Origin: Mustelus asterias
Lineage: Eukaryota
Assembly: GCF_964213995.1 (NCBI RefSeq)
Contig: NC_135814.1
Location: forward strand, 46,686,001 to 46,750,000
Length of the DNA: 64,000 bases
Direction of reading: 5' to 3'
This document shows, one piece after another, positions 25,212 through 36,315 of the stretch (positions within the stretch are counted from its first letter, which is position 1; each line of letters starts with the position of its first letter). A program made the position numbers and the translations under genes. Under the pieces are notes generated by a model. The model worked only from the letters and a program-made list of their open reading frames with translations, searched no databases and was not told the origin of the DNA.

Positions 25212-26149
25212 GGCGAAATCTTACCAAAAAATGGTAAGTGTTGTTTCTGGCGAGAAAACTGATTTGGGTTGTTTTTCTCTCCAGATCTAATGACACCTGC
25301 CAAAAAAAAATCAAGAGGGCGTGTTTCACACCGCCATATAGTGGGGTGAGGTCTAAATACGTCGGCAAAACCCGTCTGCACAGAGATCGGGGCATCATCT
25401 TTAAAGAGCACCCCGCCCACCCTCAGCCCGCCACAGTGACCCCAGTGGTTGCGCTCCCCATCCCGATCAGAGTCTGCACTTCTCTACCCCTTAACCCCCC
25501 CAATCATCATCACCTTTATCCCCCTCCCCCACCACCCACAGTTGGAGCTGGTAACTATCCCACAACACCCATCGCCGGCATCCCCTGCTCCTCCATCCAT
25601 TCCTGATGGGCAACCAAATCTGAATGAATCCCCTGCCCCCCCCCCCCCCCCCCGCCTTCCCCATGAGGTTCTCAATGGGGCCCAGGCCTTGAGACAGATT
25701 CACTGCCAAGCTGGCACTGTCAGGTTGCCATGGAACCAACTTGGTTCCATGCAGAGCCAGGCCACTGCCTGGCCATGTCCCTCTCCTCCGGAGCTATACA
25801 TACCTTTACATGCCTCTCCCCACCCCAGGTGACTCCCCACAATGGGTTATCGTCTAGATGTACATGTTGCAAATGGCGCCGGCATGATGGCATGCCTGTT
25901 CCACTGAATATCCGGTGAGTGAGGAAGCCCCAGAGAGAGTGCTCGTTAATGACATGCTAATGTATTAAAATATGAGCTTTCTGCAGTCCCATGGCGTGTT
26001 TCATGCCACTCCACCTGCAAGGGGCCAGTAGGATCGGAAACTCGGAAACTCACTGGCGCGAATGGCGCTTTCCAGAATTTGAGCACGCGCTGCCATTCTC
26101 GCGGCACAAAATACACTGCCCCGCCCTCATCTGTGTCTGGGTACAAACA
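25212..26149. mobile_element. GC-rich non-autonomous Harbinger-like element
   Basis: TIR-like start GGCGAAATCTTACC and a GC-rich body with poly-C, like the other such elements in the window. Right end uncertain. Confidence 0.5.
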
Positions 26150-26287
26150 GGGCCAGAATCTTACCACCGTTCATGCTGCCGGGATAGGAAATTCTGGCCG
26201 CAGGGAACAGAAATTTGGCTGGCCGCCAAATTCTCCGACCTCACTGCAGCGGGGGTGTGGTGTGAACGGCAGGTAAGATCGCGCCCC
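26150..26287. mobile_element. Harbinger-type MITE
   Basis: TIRs GGGCCAGAATCTTACC / GGTAAGATCGCGCCC. Reverse-complement relative of 49717-49839. Confidence 0.7.
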
Positions 26288-27075
26288 TGATCTTTACATA
26301 TTCAGCAAATATAAACCTGAAACACATGCAAGAAAAAAATGTAAATTCAAACTTCCAAAGCTTGGTGTTATAGCAATGTGTGAATGTGTTTAACCACAAT
26401 GCACAACTTCTCATTTACTTTGCTTACTATTATTTAAGTGCTGCAATCTAAATTTCTATGTGGTGACCTTAGGCAACCGTCTTTCAAATAGGATACTTGA
26501 TTACATGGAGATGAAGCCATTACACATCATTTCATGCACAGCACCAGACTCAGCCTATTTGAGAATTACATCAAATTAAATTCTATGAATTATAAGATAC
26601 TACTGATTCTTTATAGTGCACCAACTCCTGTCAACAAGCTGCTATTTGTAACACATTATGTATTGCAAAAGTAGAAATGTAGTCACGGTTGAATAACCCA
26701 TTTTCTTAAATTAACATCCTTGATAAATTGTCATATTAATCATGAAATCAAATTTATTCAACTTGCATAGTGTTTTCCGTTATATTGTAACGTATTAATG
26801 TTAAACCAAAATACTGTCAACATCAAGTTATTCACAGCAATTTTTCTCAAATGTAATTTGTTTACAGATACTTTGGTGGTGTAATTGCTTTTTGGTGATA
26901 GCATAAAAGGGAATCAGCTCCATGATTCCGTTGACTTCAAAACTGGGCGTGGTGTAAAACAAGCTTTCTATTTACATTGGCTCATTCTATGTTAGCATCT
27001 AAGACTGATTTCACCCCTAATATATCTCGGCCACAATTTTGCACCCAGATTCACCATGAGTGCAAACAGCGACAT

Positions 27076-27825
27076 GGGTGCAAAATATCACAGGACTCAG
27101 GAAACGAGAATCTCGCTAGCAAGACTTTGTTTGCCGACTCTCCCTGCCCTCTCGCCAGTGACATAACGGGGTTCCTGCAGGAAGGTTGGGTATCTCATTT
27201 CAATAAGTTTAAATATAATTAGGAGGCTTTCCCAGCATATCGTCTCCCTCCCATTTGGAAATCCCCCCTTGCTGACGGAACGTCACTTTGGCAACGTTTA
27301 CAACTGCTTTTTCAAAACCTGAACTAGGCGAAGGGGAACCTGCTGGGAGTGCACAGGTACGTATAGCCCCCGGGGCTGTAAGGGGCATACTCGGGCAGTA
27401 CTATGGCGTTGCCCCCAGAACTGCATCCTGGCACTGCCCCCTGGTCCTCTGACACTGTCCCTGGCACTGCACCCTGGTGAGATCCATTTGAGGGGGGTTT
27501 CCCTTGTGCCTGTGTGGGGTGGGGGTTCCTTGTGTCCGTGGGGAGGTCCCCCATGCCCAAGGGGAGGGGGTATCTCTGTGTGCATGTTGGGTGGTGGGGG
27601 TGGAAGAGGGGGTTCTGTTTTTTCTATCAGTGATCTTGGGATTCCCAGTTGTTGGCTTTTTCTGGCCCTGCCCCACCAGCCTGACAGTATGGGTCACACC
27701 TCCAGATTTTTGCAGAAAAGAGTGCTGGATTATCTGGAGAGAAAAGTTGGTTGTGCAGCCTACGAGTTGCATGATGGCTTTCTTGCCTCAGCTAACACCC
27801 TGTACAGAGAATGGAAAATTCCACC
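27076..27825. mobile_element. GC-rich non-autonomous Harbinger-like element
   Basis: Termini GGGTGCAAAATATC / GAAAATTCCACC, with ggcactgccc sub-repeats shared with the 35.4-36.3 kb element. Confidence 0.5.
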
Positions 27826-27841
27826 TCCTAAAATAGTGCAG

Positions 27842-29193
27842 CTTCATTACAATTTTGGTCCAAACATGGACAAAAGAGCTGAACTCAAGAGGTGAGATGA
27901 GACTGACTGCCCTTGACACCAAGGTTGCTTTTGACTGAGTGTGAGATCAAGGAACCCTAGCAAAATTGGAGTGAATGGGAATCAGGGGGAAAGCTCTCCA
28001 CTGGCTGGAGTCATACCCAGCACAAAGGAGGCTGGTTGTGATGGTTGGAGGTCAATCATCTCAGTCTCGGGACTTTGCTGCAAAAGTTCCTCAGAATAGC
28101 GTCTTAGGCCCAACCACCTTCAGCTGGTTCATCAATGGCCTTCCCTCCATCATAAGGTCAGAAGTGAGGATGTTTGTTGATGCTTGCACAATGTTCAGCA
28201 CCATTCACAATTTCTCAAATACTGAAGCAACTCGTGCCCATATGTAGCAAGACCTGGACCAACATTCAAGCTTGGACTGATAAGTGACAAGTAATATTCA
28301 CACCGTACAAATGCCAGGCAATGACAATCCCGAACTAAAAAGAATCAAACTATTTCCCCTTGACATTCAATGGTATTACCAATGTTAAATCCCCCCACTA
28401 TCAACATCCTGGGGTTACTGTTGGCCAGAAACTGAAGTGGACTAGCCATATAAATTCTGTGGCTACAAGAGCAGGTTAGAGGTGAGGAATTCTGTAGAGA
28501 ATAACTCACCTTCTGATTCCCCAAAGCCTGCCCACCATCTACAAGGCACAAGCCAGGAGTGTGATATAATATCTGCCACTTGCCTGGATGAGTGCAGCTC
28601 CAACAACACTTAAACAACTTGATACCATCCAGAACAAAGCAGCCCACTTGTTTAGCACCTCATCCACCACCTTCAACATTCAATCCCTCCACCACCAATG
28701 CACAGTGGTAGCAATGTGCTCCATCTGCAAGATACATGGCAGCAAACCACTAAGGCTTCTTCAACAGCATCTTCTAAACCCCATGACTTCTACCACCTCA
28801 AAGGGCAAGGGCAGCAGATGCATAAGAGCACCACCAAGTTTCCTTCTAAGCCACGCACCATTCTGACTTGGAACTATGGCCGGGATTCTTCAACCTCGCA
28901 CATGACTGGGATTCTCCAGTCCCGCTGCTGTGAATGGAGATTTGGCTGAACGCTGACAGTGGTGGCGGAACGTGCAAGACCAGAGAATTCTGGCCTACAT
29001 CACCATTCCTTCACTGTCACTGGGTCCAAATCTTTTAATCCCTCCCTAGCAGCACTGTGGGTGCACCTACACCACATGGACAACAAAGGTTCAAGAAGGC
29101 AGCTCAGCACCACCTTCTCAAGGACAAATTGGGATGGGCAATAAACACTGGCATTGCCAGGGATGCCCACATCCCATGGAAGAATTTTAAAAA
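27842..29193 (+). mobile_element. 5'-truncated CR1-clade LINE (RT domain to 3' tail), decayed
   Basis: ORF 27975-28247 GIRGKALHWLESY...VPQNSVLGPTTFSWFINGLP...MFVDAC (RT QGSVLGP and FADD motifs) and ORF 28588 APTTLKQLDTIQNKAAHL. Ends GGGATGGGCAATAAA...TTTTAAAAA. Confidence 0.9.
28878..28995. mobile_element. MITE nested in the LINE 3' region
   Basis: TIRs GGCCGGGATTCT / AGAATTCTGGCC. Related to 52995-53115. Confidence 0.75.
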
Positions 29194-30966
29194 TTATGGT
29201 GGACCGAACAAAACTTCACACTAAAGCATCCGCCGATTAATAAAGATTGGGTTAGCTTTTACTAAACAAATCACAAGTGAATGCATATGGTACACCAATT
29301 TGCACCAAGGCTACTGCTCATTGAAGGATTTTAAAACACTGACATCTATCAACACCTAATTAAAGTAAATTAAACCAACCTACTATATATAAACCAACAA
29401 AATCAAACCCGCCATGCATTTAGGTATATTAAATCAATTTGTCCGCAAGCAAATAATCGAAATCATTAGTCTTTAATTGTTCTTTTGCTGAAAAATTTGA
29501 ACTTAAGATGTTTGTATTTACTTTGTGAATGACATCTCCTGGGGAATGGAACGTTTTGGGGCCTCAGTTATTTCCAGGTCAGATAAGGTACAAGTTAAGT
29601 TTCATCTATTTTCAGCTTCAGGGATGTACTGGTGTTCAAACCTTTTCTAAGTGCCATTCTCCTGAATAAACTGACACACCCCGAGGACCCTTTGCAAATA
29701 TTCACACATTTCCTAATGTCCACACGTTTAGAGGGGAGATATTGTGCTAATAGTATGCTAATAAATCAACATATGGGGAAAAATACAACAGCCTTATCAC
29801 AAACTGTCAGGCATCTTATAACCTGGCAGGGACCAGTTTGGAAACTAAAAAAATAATGTGATCAAAATTGCTCAGCAAGCCACTCACTGCACTGTTATGA
29901 TTTTTTTTTATCTCCAAAATGTGTGTGGGTATTTTATCTATCAAATTATAGATAATTATGCATTGTTACCTTCCAGCATCATGGTTCAAGATGGCCAAAC
30001 TAATTTCCAGTGAGAACTTAAAGCCAGCAGAGAGAAAAACCTTCCCCATAGATCTCAAAGATGGAAAGGTCATTGTGCTACTCTGGCCCACTCTTGCCGT
30101 ACTTCCTCTCAGTGATACAGCTACAATTTGGTCACGTGTTTATCATCGATTTTAATGCCTGAAGCCATTGTTCTTCAGCAGGAGAAGTGCAGGGATATCG
30201 GCAACATTATTTATTCCTCTAGAAGCTCTGATGAGCCTTGGTCACTAGTAGACAACATGAAGGGAACGGACAAAATGTAAATTTCTTTCCTACTCACTCC
30301 TCACCAAACTGGGAACAATCTGGTGCTTCTCTGGAGCATTTTCATTAAATGATTTGTCTGAGAAATGAAAAATCTCATTAGAGATGTGGTTAGCAGTGCA
30401 AAGTGTTAGCCACCACTGAGATTGGGCTTCTCAGCCACAGGATATGAATTAAGCCAAAGTTTAATTGCTTAATTGATAATGGACAGATGTTTGTTCTGTT
30501 AATCTCATTAATTATTTTCCCAGTGCAAGATATTATCTGTCCATTGACTAAAAATGGGTACAAAAAAAAATTGAGCTCAATGTTTTAAGAGCCATGAGGA
30601 GCAATAGCATTAACTTTGCTCCATTAAGTAACGTTTAAATAAATAAAGGGAAAGATAGTGGTGCAAATTCAGAAATGCTATGTGTGAACTCCTGTTGGCC
30701 GACCTTAGGCTACTAAGCAAAAAATCTGAAGTTGCATGTATAGCAGAAAAAATTAAAAGATACTGCCAAGCATCGAGTACAAAATAGATAGGAATCCACT
30801 ACTGTATACGATTGTTCATTTGCCTTTATTTGAATATTATGCTGTTATTTATAATGGAGACAAACACAATTTTTCCCCAAAGGGCAAATTGTTACAATTT
30901 GGATTGTTCTTCAATGTACCTTTTCCCTCTGAACAGTTTCACAGCAGTACCCATGAATTGATAATA

Positions 30967-31780
30967 CAGTGGAACCCCAATTTTACACGCCCCGATTTAG
31001 CGTGAATTCGGATATAACGCGATGAATCATTGGACCCTTTTCTTTCCGCTCATGATTGGCAAATCTCGCTCTCCCCGCTGCTTCCACCATGCTCCACCAG
31101 TCAGTTCGTCATGTGTAGAGAATTGCTGGGAAAAGGGTCTGGGGTCAGCCTTTTCATCACGCCAATCCACCATGGAAGATGATGACGAGCCAGATTTGTA
31201 CGGCTTCACAGAGGAAGAAGTGCGTGAGGCAGAGAAGCTGTCTGATTTCAGCAAAGAAGAGCTACACTAGTGGCACGCTGCCGACGATGAATGCCCAATA
31301 TATGAGCATCTGACGGACGCCGAGATCGTCCATAAAGGTGGAGGCAAGTGCACCAGTTCTGGAGACCCAGGAGGTGGACCACATAAAAATCCTCCAACTC
31401 AGAAGCATTCTAGGTTTCGCTCGCAGCCAGCGAAATGCTACGTTCAAGCAAGGAACACTCGATCACTTTTTTAAGAAATAAACTGTTGTTTTGTTTTGTT
31501 TATTAAAAAGCTTTACTAAAAATTAATTTGTGTTTTAATTTCTACTGTAACAACAATGATTTATTCGCGGAATTCTTTAATTAAAAGGTAATTTACTTGC
31601 CAGATGGTAAACGTGCAAAAAACAAGTCAACTAGGGCGATAATAGGTGTTTTAGGATGTTAGGTCAACGTTGGGTAAGTTTGAACGCTGATTTTCTTGAA
31701 CCCTGATTTAGCGCGACCCCGCTTTTTTCGCGATAACATTTTATGGACCCCAACCATCGCGTTATAACGGGGCCACACTG
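30967..31780 (+). mobile_element. Non-autonomous Tc1/mariner pogo/Tigger-type element
   Basis: TA|CAGTGGAACCCC ... GGGGCCACACTG termini with sub-terminal GATATAACGCGATG / CATCGCGTTATAAC. Transposase C-terminal remnants VENCWEKGLG, PIYEHLTDAEIV and KQGTLDHFFKK*. Confidence 0.8.
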
Positions 31781-32199
31781 AACCTTATAGAAACCAATTT
31801 TTCTGACAGTTTGCCATTCTACACAATGCATGACGTCTGGGGGGAACCAATATTCTATTTTGCAGTGGTGTGCATATTGGAATCTATACAGTCTTGCGCC
31901 ATGCCAACTGGCACTCTGGTACAGTCAAATATCAAATTTGTATGGCTTCACAGAGGAAGATGTGCGTAAAATAATTAATGCCTTTATTTACAATTAATTG
32001 TCAATAAGCATTTTATTCTTCAAGAATAGATAGAATGCACAGCCACTTCAAATTATTCCTCAATCCTGTGATGGATATTTTTAATTAGCAGATTATCTTT
32101 TTGGCCAAATTGTATCAGACTTCATTCTATTATATCTCTTCCAGGTCCCATGCCAAGAATTTCTGTGGAGGTCCTCCTACTCTGCTCAATGGTATTATT

Positions 32200-32682
32200 G
32201 ATGTGGAGATGCCGGCGTTGGACTGGGGTAAGCACAGTAAGAAGTCTCACAACACCAGGTTAAAGTCCAACAGGTTTATTTGGTAGCAAATACCATAAGC
32301 TTTCGGAGCTTGCTGCTCCTTCGTCAGATGGAGTGGTCTCTGTTCTCTGGGATGTTGGATTTATGTCACATTATCAGTAACCCCCACAGCTTGCCCCTGG
32401 TCTTGCATAGTCTCACCAGCTGTTCTGTCTGGAGACAATACACATCTCTTTAACCTGTGTTTAATGTTCCCTCCAACCACATTATCTGTACCTTTTAAGA
32501 CCTAGCTGGCTGTAGAGATTTGCATTCTAATTAGTATTCTGTAACTTGACTTCTGTGTCTGTGCACTGTTGGAGAACAGAGACCACTCCATCTGACGAAG
32601 GAGCAGCAAGCTCCGAAAGCTTATGGTATTTGCTACCAAATAAACCTGTTGGACTTTAACCTGGTGTTGTGAGACTTCTTAC
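32200..32682 (+). mobile_element. Young truncated Penelope-like element (family 1) with inverted pseudo-LTR and TSD
   Basis: Perfect 111-bp inverted repeat 32237-32347 / 32572-32682. Direct repeat CAATGGTATTATT at 32187-32199 and 32682-32694. Confidence 0.9.
32588..32626 (+). ncRNA. Minimal type-I hammerhead ribozyme (mirror copy on - strand at 32293-32331)
   Basis: CCAU-CUGACGA-A-GGAGC(AGCAA)GCUCC-GAAA-GC-UU-AUGG: intact catalytic core, stem II, stem I and palindromic AGCU stem III. Confidence 0.8.
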
Positions 32683-33204
32683 AATGGTATTATTAGCAGA
32701 AGACTAGAGGAAGTTGGCAATGGAGTTTCTGCCAAAGTTACAGGTGTTGACTGCCATAACTTATGTCTTTTTAAGTTACAAAGTTCCCCTTTTTGACGCA
32801 ATCCCAGAATTTAAAACATAACAGGCTCTTGCAAAAGGCACATTTTCCAAACAAATAAATAAGACACGTTATCAGCTCTTCGACAACATTCAACAAACAG
32901 TTCAAATCTTAGAACTTCTACTTGTACATTGAATGCACATAATTAACACGATTAAACTGCAGCTATGTCATACTTGCTAAGGCTGGGTTTCAGCTTACGT
33001 TGAATGTAACCACAAGTGAAACATTTTCAATTTCAATTGGACCATAATTAAGTCACCCTGTCCTTCTTACTGGTAGGCGTTTCCCTTGAGCACCCACACA
33101 AACTACTTCCTCTTAACATGATATCTATTGCCACTAATCTCCCAATATTTGATGACTATATTACACATTTGCAAAGCAATCGTATCTTTTTCAGATAATT
33201 ATAT

Positions 33205-33490
33205 ATTTGTTTTCAGGATGTGTGTGACTCTGGAAAGGTTGTATTAATTGCCCATTTCTTGCTCTGAGAAGGTAGTGCTGAAATTCTCTCTGCAACATCG
33301 GTAATGGTGCCTTGACAGAAGCATTAGGTTGGTAATTCCAGAATATTGTCCCAATTTTAATAAAGGAACTGTGATGTTGACTAGAACAGGGTGGAATCTG
33401 ACTTGAAGGGTAACTGGAAGGTGTTGGTGTTCCTCTGTCATTACAGCGTATCTCCTTCCCATGATGGAATTCACAGCATAGAGAGGTGAC
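33205..33490 (-). mobile_element. Degenerate 3' end of the CR1-clade LINE family seen at 27.8-29.2 kb
   Basis: ggatgtgtgtgactctggaaagg...attaattgcccat...tgagaaggtagtgctga is the reverse complement of the tail at ~29100-29190. Confidence 0.55.
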
Positions 33491-33496
33491 TCATTG

Positions 33497-33956
33497 AATC
33501 GTAGAATCCCTATAGTGCAGAAGAAGGCCATTTGGCCCATTGAGCCTGCATTGACAACAACCCCACCCAGGCCCTATCCCTGTAATCCCACGTATTTACC
33601 CTACTGATCTCCCTGACACTGAGGGCGGAAGTTTTCAGTCCTGCCCGCCATGGGAATCGTTGCGGGCGGTGGGGGGGAGGGACCATGCAAATGTTTATCA
33701 ATATCGGGCAGGGATTTCCAGCTTTGGGGTGAGCATGGCCGGAAACCCCTGCCATAAGGGTCAATGTAGCATGGCCAATCAACCTAACCCACACATCTTT
33801 GGACTGTGGGAGGAAACCAGAGCACCCGGAGAAAACCCATGCAGACAAGGGGAGAATATACACATTCCACACGGACAGTGACCCGAGACCACAATTGAAC
33901 ACAGGTCCCTGGCGCAGTGAGGCAGCAGTGATAACCATTGTGCCACCGTGCTGCCC
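33497..33956 (-). mobile_element. HE1-type V-SINE, tail A, interrupted by a MITE
   Basis: gaatcgtagaatccctatagtgcagaag...tgtgccaccgtgctgccc, split at cctgacac|taaggg. Confidence 0.9.
33623..33754. mobile_element. 132-bp Harbinger-type MITE
   Basis: TGA|GGGCGGAAGTTTTC...GGAAACCCCTGCCA|TAA: a 3-bp TAA-type duplication inside the SINE. Confidence 0.8.
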
Positions 33957-35400
33957 TGAAGTAAACTTTATGACCGGTATTTTACGACCTCAAAAATCCC
34001 ACCCGAGGCCAACGGAGAATTCGTAAGGCGATAAAATTCCGGCCTATGAGTTGCTCCATTCTGCAGTCAGTGTATGTTGCAACCACAATGTGTCAGTGAT
34101 GAAGAGGAGGTAGGAGCAGTAATGCAGTGAGCTACTATGTAATGAATGCTATTGAGTTTATTGAGAATGGTTGCAGCTACCCCTATTCTAGGGACTGGTA
34201 AACATTCAATTACACTCTTGACTTTAATCTTGTAGATGGTCAAGTACATTGTCAGTCCAAGTCTGTATGTTGTGCGAGCCCTGCTGTCGGCCTGTATGGC
34301 TGGGTTCATTATCACAGGAGTTATTAGTAAGACGAATAGAATGGAGTCTTTAAAACTACTGTTTCAAATCCACCCCAAAAATTGCCCCTGAATTCTCCTC
34401 CCAAGGAGGCTACTGGAAGCAAATTTTCATGGGGGTTCTTCTGCTCCTCAACAGTAAATTGGACAGAAGAGCTAAGGAATTGTTAGGAAAAGCTGATGGA
34501 AATGTTGTCTATGGTGCTTTCCATGTTTTCCATTTCTCTGCCAAAACTCATGGGAGATGAGTGGGAAAGATGCCACAGAAATTCAGGACCCTCCCCTCCT
34601 CAGAGTTAGGCTTTATCAAGTATATTATTTTCCTACATGTGAGCACTCCGTCACGAGGATCTACAGGCCAAAACAATTTCTCTGAAGAATGATCTTCCCA
34701 CTGGAAGCTATAAGGGAAATGTATCAACAGTATGCTGTATAATATTCAGCCCATTGCCACCAGAATAGGTTGCTTTCACTAATCCGAGTAACTTTTTAAA
34801 CTTTAGTTAGCCCTTGCTATTTCATGGTTATTGATGCTCTTTCAAAATGGTTGCACTATTCATCTACTTCCTAATGGAACCAGAGAAGCCAAGAGAGTCC
34901 ACATACCTTTAAGCAATGTCATTCAACAAACCAAAAATCCATATTTCCCCCCTAGAACTACTTCATAAACACTGTTATTTTGCTTTGTGCCAACGACCAC
35001 ATTTGTTATTTTTAAAGGCTGCACCAGACCTGTCTTTTCTTTCCTTACAGGAGTGATAAGTTAACCAGAGATTTTTCCCCTCCACTTTCTTCCCCTGGTT
35101 TTCTGCTCTGGCTTCTCAGCTTTATGAGGTTTATGATCGATCTCTGTTACTCATCTATTCTGCCAAAACAGCTCGTGCACCTTGACTGGCTGAGCAAGTC
35201 CCTCCTCTTGCTAACAGAGGAAGCGCTACCTCAGTCTTCATCCTGGTTTTTTTTGCCTTACTCTTGATTCTCTGTTCTTCCCAACGTATTTTCCAATGTG
35301 ACCCCATTTTAACACTTGAAAATTAACATGACTTCAGATGCCAAAAAAACAGCAATAATGCAGCATAATAACATTCAATACATAATTATTAAAGACCATG

Positions 35401-36315
35401 GGGGCGATTCTCCCATCCCGGGAAAATTGCACATCGGCCGCTTCGTGGGATTCCCACGAGCGTTCACGCCACGCTTGCGTCTCCCAGGCCTGGATTTTAA
35501 ATGCTATTAGCGGGCCCGGGACTGAATTCTCCGGGCCCACTAGCATCTTCCGCCCTGCCAGAGTGCTTCGCTCCAGCGGGGATTAATATAGCTCACCACT
35601 TTCGGGGAGTTAGCAGCCTAACCCCCGCTGGAGTGGTCAAACCAAGGGGTCGGGCGGCCGAGGAGTGGTGCCCCTGGGCATTGGCACCCTAGTAGAGCCA
35701 GCTTGTGCCCCCGGCACTGCCCAAGAGACAAAGTGCCTATGCCCAAGGGGCACCTTGGGACTGCCCACCAGCAATGGGGAAGTGCCAAGGGAGCAGGGCC
35801 TATTGGGGGCAGGGCCTAGGGGGTGATCGGTGGGGGTGGGGGTCCTGCTGCCATTCTGCATTGAGATCCAGTCAGGGCTGGAGGGAGGCCAGTGATTGGG
35901 GCGGACTGGAGGGGGGGGGTGGGGTCTGCTGGAGATCGTCACTGCTGGGGGGTGGGGGCTGGAGATCGGGGCGGGCCGGGATTGGGCCGTGAATGCATGG
36001 TGGGCTGCGATCAGGCCGTGGGGGGGTGGGGGTGGGGGGAGGGGGGGGGGGAGTTGGGAGGCAGCACTGCAAGGGTCCTGGGCTAGCCAGTGATTGAGCT
36101 GGCCGCAAACTGCAGGCTGACAGTGCGGGGCCACTGCGCATGCACTAAAGCCCACTGATTTCAACCTCTCCAGCGTGAATAGGCCCCGCTCCCTGAAATC
36201 TAATGATATTCACGCTGGTGGTCTCTTCTCTGAACTCTCACTGAATAAACCAGTGTGAATTACTCCAGTTTTCCCACAAATTCGACACTTCGAATTTTTT
36301 TGGGAGAATCGCCCC
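35401..36315. mobile_element. Young non-autonomous TIR element (Harbinger-like)
   Basis: Perfect TIRs GGGGCGATTCTCCCA / TGGGAGAATCGCCCC, with CATG on both sides. Confidence 0.85.

Noticed and set aside
32237-32682. DNA transposon or pre-miRNA interpretation of the 111-bp inverted repeat
   Set aside because: The asymmetric 37-bp extension, hammerhead core, long TSD and shared terminus with the GIY-YIG-bearing copy at 44602 indicate a Penelope inverted pseudo-LTR.
35637-36164. Long Pro/Gly-rich ORFs in GC-rich tracts (also 25238-25832 and 57652-58202)
   Set aside because: Stop-poor poly-G/poly-C interiors of TIR elements.
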